DNA of 64,000 nt from Auanema rhodensis (lineage: Eukaryota; Animalia; Nematoda), in NCBI GenBank assembly GCA_964057225.1, contig OZ059895.1:9114001-9178000 (forward strand). The letters run 5' to 3'. Position numbers and translations under genes: made by a program. The notes beneath the pieces were generated by a model, which saw only the letters and a list, made by a program, of their open reading frames with translations, was not told the origin of the DNA and made no database searches. Below are positions 57,085 to 64,000 of the stretch, one piece after another. Positions within the stretch are counted from its first letter, which is position 1. The number at the start of each line of letters is the position of its first letter.

Positions 57085-57321
57085 ATGTCTGATTCGTCTG
57101 GAGGGAAACGACCGTGTTCTAGAGAAAATCAGTTAAAGCTTCAGCTGAATAGTCTTAAGGCAGTAAGCAACCTTGTTAATTTAACAATAAAACCTATCTC
57201 TAAGGAAGAACAAGCTTTGAAGCAGATGTTGATGCATTTAATGAACAGAAAAAGGCAATTACTAATGGAGGGAGAAAGACTTAAAAATCTTGAAGAAAAT
57301 CAAATAAACGATTCTTCTTAA
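57085..57321 (+). CDS. 64-aa coiled-coil microprotein, candidate SNAPC5/SNAP19 homologue
   Basis: TTTCAG acceptor ending at 57073, ATG at 57085, 42-nt GT-AG intron at 57163-57204. Product MSDSSGGKRPCSRENQLKLQLNSLKAEEQALKQMLMHLMNRKRQLLMEGERLKNLEENQINDSS. The gene model is more certain than the homology. Confidence 0.6.
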   Translation: MSDSSGGKRPCSRENQLKLQLNSLKAVSNLVNLTIKPISKEEQALKQMLMHLMNRKRQLLMEGERLKNLEENQINDSS

Positions 57322-58026
57322 AATGTTTCTTCTAAATATTCTCTAATATATTTGAAACATGTACTTTACGGATACCCAAAAACATTTAGCAAGTTGAAGA
57401 AGGTTGCTGATTAAGATTATTTCAAAAAGAAAAATGATCTCTTGTGTATGTTTTCTTTTGTTTATTTAATGTTCCTTCTATATATTATCTGGTTTTGCTC
57501 AATTGTCACATTAATTTCCGGTATTTCAAAATATGATTCTTTGAAGTTTTCTCTCTTTATATTGTACTCTTAATGTAATTGCTGTATATTGTGCTCTCAA
57601 AAATATTTTTCATTCGTTTTCTTCAATTTATAATTATGTTGAAACATATTGACGATTCAGTTTAGTTTGAAGACTAAAAGCTACTATGTTGTTTGTTCCA
57701 TAATAATTTTTATTACAATTACAATTTTTTAAATTAATATTAGAGGAAATCTATAATATTACTTCAAGGAGAAAAGGAAACGTTTTATGTTTCCTAGTCC
57801 CTGTTCTTATTTCAACGTTGTGACACTGAATGGGAATAAGTCGTTTAATCTCCTAGAAAGCCATGCTTACAGTAAGCATTGCGCTATTATAAGATTTGGA
57901 AACAAATATAGGAACTTGATTACCTTCATAAGGCAATACTATTCAAAAGAAAAATTTCGGAAACATTCTATACAAATAAATTTCTTTGGCACAATCAGTA
58001 ACATAATGAGCACGATAGTAGACTAA

Positions 58027-59024
58027 TTAGATGAGTTCACGTGAATCACGAGCAGGTAGTTGAGGACGAGGCTCCATTTCTTCCTCAATTTTTCCTGGTC
58101 TTGCTGCAATACGAGTCCTTTGAAGCTCTAAGAAAGGCGATTCAATAACTATAATTATAAATATAGTTTTATACTTAAACATGATATCTACTTGTATAAG
58201 GAGTTGGCATATGGTTGGCTGCAAGGTGTGAGTTATCTGGTGTTATTTCTAATGAAGGAGATCGAAAAGAGGCAGATGTATCACGTAGGAATAAAACTTA
58301 AATAGTGAACGTTATTGTACAGAAACAGAATATATGAGTTCAAACCTTGTCCCTGATTTGGCACAAACGATGGCTCACTGGACATCATGGCAATATGGGC
58401 GATTTGGGATTGAACCCTCATTTCTAAAGTAATATAGCCTAAACATCTAAAAATTTAAGTTACTTTCTAAAAATTCTTCATCATTGGCTTCGCTCGGAGG
58501 TGTGGATGGCGCATTAGGCTTGGGAGCGATGAGCATATTGTCAGAATTAGATCCTCTTTCGTCTTTTGGAATTAAAACAGGTAATACTGATTTGGAACTA
58601 CTCGTATCTATAGGAACTGAAGGATTAGGTATAGACATTGACGATGCACTGTTAACGAGATCAGGAACTTCAGAATCCAATATTGATGATGCTAATATTG
58701 GAGTCATTACATTAGCAGCTGAAGCAATAGCAGCATTTCTCTGAAAAGTAAAGTTATACATTCGTTCTTATTGCTTAACTTACTTGATTTTGACGAATAG
58801 TTAGTTCTTTTGTGTATTTTTCAATTTCTTTTGAGCGTTTATTGCCATCTTCTAAAATTTTCTGGAGTTGTTCATAGGCTGAATCAAATAGTTAGATATG
58901 TACTGAAAACTTACTTACATTCTAAACTTGCATCATCATAAGATTTGCCAAATCCAAAAATTGAAATCGATACAATACCGATTGGACAACAAAACAAGCA
59001 AAAAATGAAGAAATTGCCAACCAT
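58027..59024 (-). CDS. Hypothetical protein, probably secreted, low-complexity
   Basis: Hydrophobic N-terminus MVGNFFIFCLFCCPIGIVSISIFG. Six exons join in frame via GT-AG introns to ...PQLPARDSRELI*. Confidence 0.65.
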
Positions 59025-59427
59025 GTTTATAGCAAAGAGATAAGTTTCGGTTAGCAGTCTACTTAGAAGCCAAGCAAGTCAAGCAAATAACTTGAACACT
59101 TAAAATGGTTAGATCGCCACTAATCCTCAAGGATCAATGGGCGGAGTTCGAGTGTAACCGGATTCTGATTCAAAGTTCTTTTGATATATTGCAACAATTG
59201 TATTTTTGCCAGAATATGCAAATCTGTTAAATCTGGCATTGGTCATTTGAAATTATTTTCATCCAAATATAGTTAGCATGGTCACTTTATTTTGTACAAA
59301 TAAAAGTAATAATATATAATACTATTAATAATTTCAAATGAATTAAATTAAAATAATAATACAAATATTTGATAAAATAAAGATATTTTTATAATTATAA
59401 TACTGTTTTATAAAAACAAGTTCCTTC

Positions 59428-60666
59428 TTATTTACAATTTGAATTCTTAATTCTCATTAGTGCAGCTAGATTATCTTCTCGTTCCTTTTTAAGGTTTTCC
59501 AGAGTTTCCGTAGGAGCCGTAGCATATAGAGATTGTTTCAACTTTTCCAAAACATCTTCCTCTTCGAAACTTGGGTTACGGCCAAAATCTGCCATTACAT
59601 TTTGGATACCAGCTGTATACCGTTGACAATAATCATCAATACCATTCGCATTCATATGAATCGTTTCAAATGGCCCATAGAATGCATATCGTGGACCCAA
59701 GCCGGCTTTCATGACCTGCATAGATTCAGTGAAATACAGTTTTTTTGACAAATATTGATTTAAAAAACAAAGAAAAATATAAGACCTTATCAACATCTTC
59801 AACACTCATCACGTCATCTTTTACTAAACGCCACGCTTCAGCCAGTAAAGCGAACTGTAAGCGATTGACAGCAAATCCTAAAACCTCTTTTGTAAGGTTT
59901 ACAGGATCCTATATATTATATGATAGCGTTAACTATATCAATTTTCTTTTTTAAACCTGTCCAATATCTTGCATTAATCTTCTGCATTTTTTTACAATTT
60001 CTTCAGATGTCCAAGGTGTAGATACAATTTCAACTAACTTCAGAAATAACGGAGGATTAACAGGATGAGCCACTAAGCAGCGTTCTCTATAATAACTCAT
60101 TCCATATATGTATTGCTAGAACGCAGAACCTATGTTTCAGATTTTCCGTAAACTTACTTGCTGGAATGGTTGAAGTGCTACTGGCTAAAATGCAATCAGG
60201 TGACGATAGTTCATCAAGTTCTTCAAATATTTTTATTTTATACTCAAGAGATTCGCAGGCAGATTCCTAAAGGTCTTTGTTAAACATAACAAAAATAAAA
60301 TATCCTTATGATGATACCTGTACATATATTGCGCTATTTACGGCTTCTGTTAAACAAGTTGTACTACTAATAAGTTGAAGACATTCGGATTTTGAAGCTT
60401 TCAATAACCCTTTTTCCTTCAAAATTTATTACCCAATTTCTGTTGTGTTTTCTTCATACCTCGAGTTTATCCAGATTATCTGATATTATTTCTCTGGATT
60501 TATTTAGCTGTTGATCTGATATATCAAAAAGACTAACTGAATATCCATTTGAAATAAATAGAGTAGCCCAACTAGACCCAATATGCCCACTTTAAGATAC
60601 AATAATTAATAAAAGCTTAAAATTTGTAAAATCGTACCTTCCAACTATAGCTACTTTTCCTTTCAT
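59428..60666 (-). CDS. Lambda-crystallin homologue (CRYL1, L-gulonate 3-dehydrogenase; 3-hydroxyacyl-CoA dehydrogenase family)
   Basis: MKGKVAIVGSGHIGSSWATLF...LFDI, ILASSTSTIPAS, LVAHPVNPPLFLKLVEIV, EVLGFAVNRLQFALLAEAWRLV and GLGPRYAFYGPFETIHMNA. Confidence 0.93.
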
Positions 60667-61224
60667 TGGTACAGATGTAGCTGAGAACATGCGCAATGAC
60701 CAGTCTTTGCTGTATACGGGTTATAGAATACTGAGCAGTTAGTTTATCAATTTCCCAGGTCACTAAATAGCAGTCACATGTCCTAAGATAGCAGTTTATT
60801 TGATAAGTTGATAACGTAGACCCACTTATCACAATTATTCTAGAGATTATAGATTGAAATAATTTATTCTTATAACAACATAATAATTGTTAACAATTAG
60901 TATTTTCACTCAAAAATTTCACACGTCAGTATGATAAAAACCAGCCAAATATACAAGTACTAATGTACAATCTGAAAAAATATTCTATATAAAGTTATAA
61001 ATTAAAGGATGTCGTGGTTCATCGAGAAGATATTCGTAAAGGGAAATTTTAGATCAGGAATTATGAATGCAAGAAAAAAATTCAGCAGTTGGAACTTAAA
61101 CTCGTTAAAGATTGCTGTTTTAGCTAACGCCAAATATCTTTTAATAAGAAGCTAAATAGAAAATCATGATAATTGGAATACAATAATTCAATTGTAATTA
61201 TGACGTATTATTCATTTGCAAGTT

Positions 61225-64000
61225 CTAGCAGTTTAATGTGTGTTGACCACAATCTCTTGTAGAAATAGGGAAAGAAACATTAGATGACATCGAGGCTTGA
61301 GTATTTGGTTGGTACATAGGCATGAAATCAGGAGAATCAATGCTTCTTGTACTTTCACGAACACCTTGACTTAAATAGCCTTGTTGCTGAAGCGGGTTAG
61401 GAGATCTAAACAAGATGTTTTGATTTATAAAAAAATTATATGAAATACCTGGGCGGCGCAAATAAATTCGTGACACTGGGTGGTCTATGTAGTCCATTAG
61501 TACTGGGGGGTCGATACAAGGAAACAGGGGAATGTGCACCCCTTCGTAAAGTAGTGGGTGAAGGACAGGGTCTGCCTAAACAAATTGGGGAATATATAAA
61601 ACCAAGGTATGTTCACAAACCAGGTTGCACAACAGTTGGCCTGCTGGAATGGCGATAATGTGCGGGAAGCTTGTCAAATCCTGTAGTGGTGCTAGCGATA
61701 GATCGTTGAGAGTAAGATGCATTAGGCTAAAATGAAAGATAAATGTTGCAATTGGAAAATCTAATACATCATTCTGGTAGAGTTCTGAAGCAGATATTGA
61801 TCGTACATGACGAGGTGATTCCATAGTCGAATTAGGTGGTGGAGGTTGGAAAGCTGAACTTCTCGATGCATTAACTTAAAATAATGATTAATCATGTTTT
61901 TTTTATAAAATAGCCTACTTTGCTGATGTCGTTGTTGATAAGGAAGAACTTGCACAGATTGTTGGCTTCCGTACTTGGGTAATTGACTATAATTGGAGTA
62001 TGGAGGCGGGCCAGGTGGGATCTAAAGTTGTGAAAATGATATCAAACAAAAAATAAAACAGCAGTACTTGAGAAGGTCTTGGTGGTGCAGGCTGTGAATG
62101 CATAGATTGAGACATAGCTGGAGAAGGAGCAGCATAGTTCGAGTTAGGCGAAGATTGAGAAGGATTAATTTGACCCTGAAATAAAGGATACAAATTGGAA
62201 TAAAGGTATATATACGTACCACCGGAACATTTGATTGCAGCCAAACAGCTAACCCATTCTTGTTAGCAGCACCTTTTTTGACTTCGAAATGGATTTCGGA
62301 TCCACTACGTGCCATATATTGGGCAGCACTAGAAATATTTTATAAAATATAAAACAAGATGTATCATACTCTTCCTGAGTTATTCCAAGTAAGGTTTGAC
62401 CATTAACAGACAGAAGCTGATCACCGGGAGCTAACCTTCCATCCTTTAACAGATTTTATGATTTAATATTTTAAAATAACTGTTTTTACCAACGCAGCAG
62501 GAGATCCATCAACAACTTTTTTAATATAAATACCGGTTTGCCTATCACCTATTCCCTAAAATAACACGAAAGATGTTTTTTGAATGTCGAAAATGTACCT
62601 GAGCAGCTACTATGCTTAGTCCGATTCCTCCATTACCTCTTGACAGGACTACACGTAAAATTTCATCGGCATGTGCTATACCATTCTCTCCCTATTGCTC
62701 AAAGTTTACTATATCAAACAAGTAAAACTTACAAATTGATTGGGCATATTTGTTAGCGTGGTTTGTGAAGCACTTCTCTGAATAGGGGCAGGAGGAACCG
62801 CAGAGGTAGGTATAACACCTTGCTCACCGTAACAGGAATTCTAGAATGAGAAAACATATGAAACAAGTTCAATTTATCTGCTGCAAAGCCAAAGAAAGCA
62901 TATGAAATCTTCGAATTGTTCTGGTTTTCACCGACATGTAACCGTATATAATTGCTCTTCCCGAAAAAAATATTTTGCATACCTGTGTCTGATCTGCTTG
63001 AGCGGGTATTTGGTCATTAAGATTAACAGAATGGCATAGGCCCTTGTCTCTTAACCCATATAAGTATTGCGCTAATCCATCAGGAACGGTTTTTAAAAGT
63101 TCTTTAAAAGTTGTTGAGTGCATTTTTTAAGATTATTTACAAACCAGAAGTGTATCCATCTTGAGGCAACAGAAAAGGCAGAGAGAGCTGATCAGGCTCT
63201 TCAAGGGTAACAGGAAGTCCATCCTGAAAAAGAATTGTATGAATTCATAAAACTTAATCAATGTAGAATACTTGTTGAGTAAGAACATCTGCTTGTCGTT
63301 CAGATAAGCTTACTATCCGGTTGAGAACTTCAGATTCGCAGGGAATTTCACCATTTTCAACTATGAAATTCGTTAACAAATATCGAACCTGAAACGAATT
63401 CAATCAAAACGAGAAAAAATTAAATAGTAACCTGAAGACTATTGAGTTTGTAGCATGTTGAACCAAGTACAGCTATATCATTTTTTTGAGCAGCTATTAA
63501 GTTAGCTGCTTGGCGACAGCGGTCCAAATGACATTCAGCGGCAAGTTCCACACCCATTTGCTCCGCCCATCTAGAAATATTTTTTGAATATATTTTATCA
63601 CCAAAATACGCAAACCTATGAAGAGCTGAAAGTCTTTGAACCAAGGACCTGCCGAAACGAGTTGTTAGTTCAAGTTTCTATAAGATATATTACAAATAAA
63701 TGAATAATAAACTCAGTTTTACTAACCATTGATCCCATTCCAATCATATTATTAAAAATTGTTGAGTTTATTGTATGAAACATTTGACTACATAGTTGAA
63801 TAGTTAGGGCTGGATTAAGGCATGAAGCTCGAGCAGCACGAAGAGTATTATCTAAGAGCGTTTTCAATTCTCCTAAAAGAGAACTAACATATTCAAGCCA
63901 ATTTGCAATTTTAAAAAAAATTTCAAAAGCAGTACTTACTTGTAGCATCCTCGACTGTTAAACGATTATCTAATAAAGCCCCACACGCAGGACGAACAGC
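61225..64000 (-). CDS. afd-1: Afadin/AF-6 (end of the DIL domain, PDZ, Pro/Ser-rich tail); 5' part lies outside the window
   Basis: DIL-like LNPALTIQLCSQMFH...WAEQMGVELAAECHLDRCRQAANL, PLFLPQDGYT and PDZ GGIGLSIVAAQG...GIYIKKVVDGSPAALDGRLAPGDQLLSVNGQ. Confidence 0.92.

Noticed and set aside
57037-57321. The 94-aa unspliced ORF as listed
   Set aside because: The upstream ATG precedes the TTTCAG acceptor, and the ORF reads through a typical 42-nt intron. The 64-aa spliced model fits better.

Overview
AT-rich eukaryotic genomic DNA from a nematode, probably a clade V rhabditid that is not C. elegans (the species cannot be fixed from sequence alone). It is very gene-dense, with mostly ~40-50 nt introns and TTTCAG-like acceptors. 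I can support about 23 spliced protein-coding genes: an uninflatable-like CTL/LDLa/CUB/CCP/EGF gene (cut off at the left edge), nars-1, msh-6, an AP-2 factor, rpn-8, an FKBP8/FKBP38-like gene, a secreted protein with ~18 CCP/Sushi modules, a small TSP1 protein, exoc-8, a PWWP protein, an orphan, acr-11, ima-2, an RCC1L-like gene, ndx-4, a second orphan, a MARVEL protein, aars-2, cir-1, a 64-aa SNAPC5-like microgene, a putative secreted orphan, CRYL1 and afd-1 (cut off at the right edge). The best leads are: (1) a tiny operon-like gene after cir-1 whose spliced product aligns in register with the SNAPc subunit SNAPC5/SNAP19; (2) an apparent alternative-splicing system in the CCP gene (furin-site microexon, candidate 6-nt microexons, a GC-donor cassette module, shared UCUAUC/CUAAC motifs); (3) a required GC-AG intron in msh-6 with a competing frameshifting GT; (4) a tail-anchored FKBP38-like gene head-to-head with a proteasome lid gene; (5) a MITE-like element; (6) afadin apparently ending soon after its PDZ domain. 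Exon structures were stitched by eye, and homology calls come from remembered family motifs, not database searches. I recognised no tRNA, rRNA or CRISPR features.
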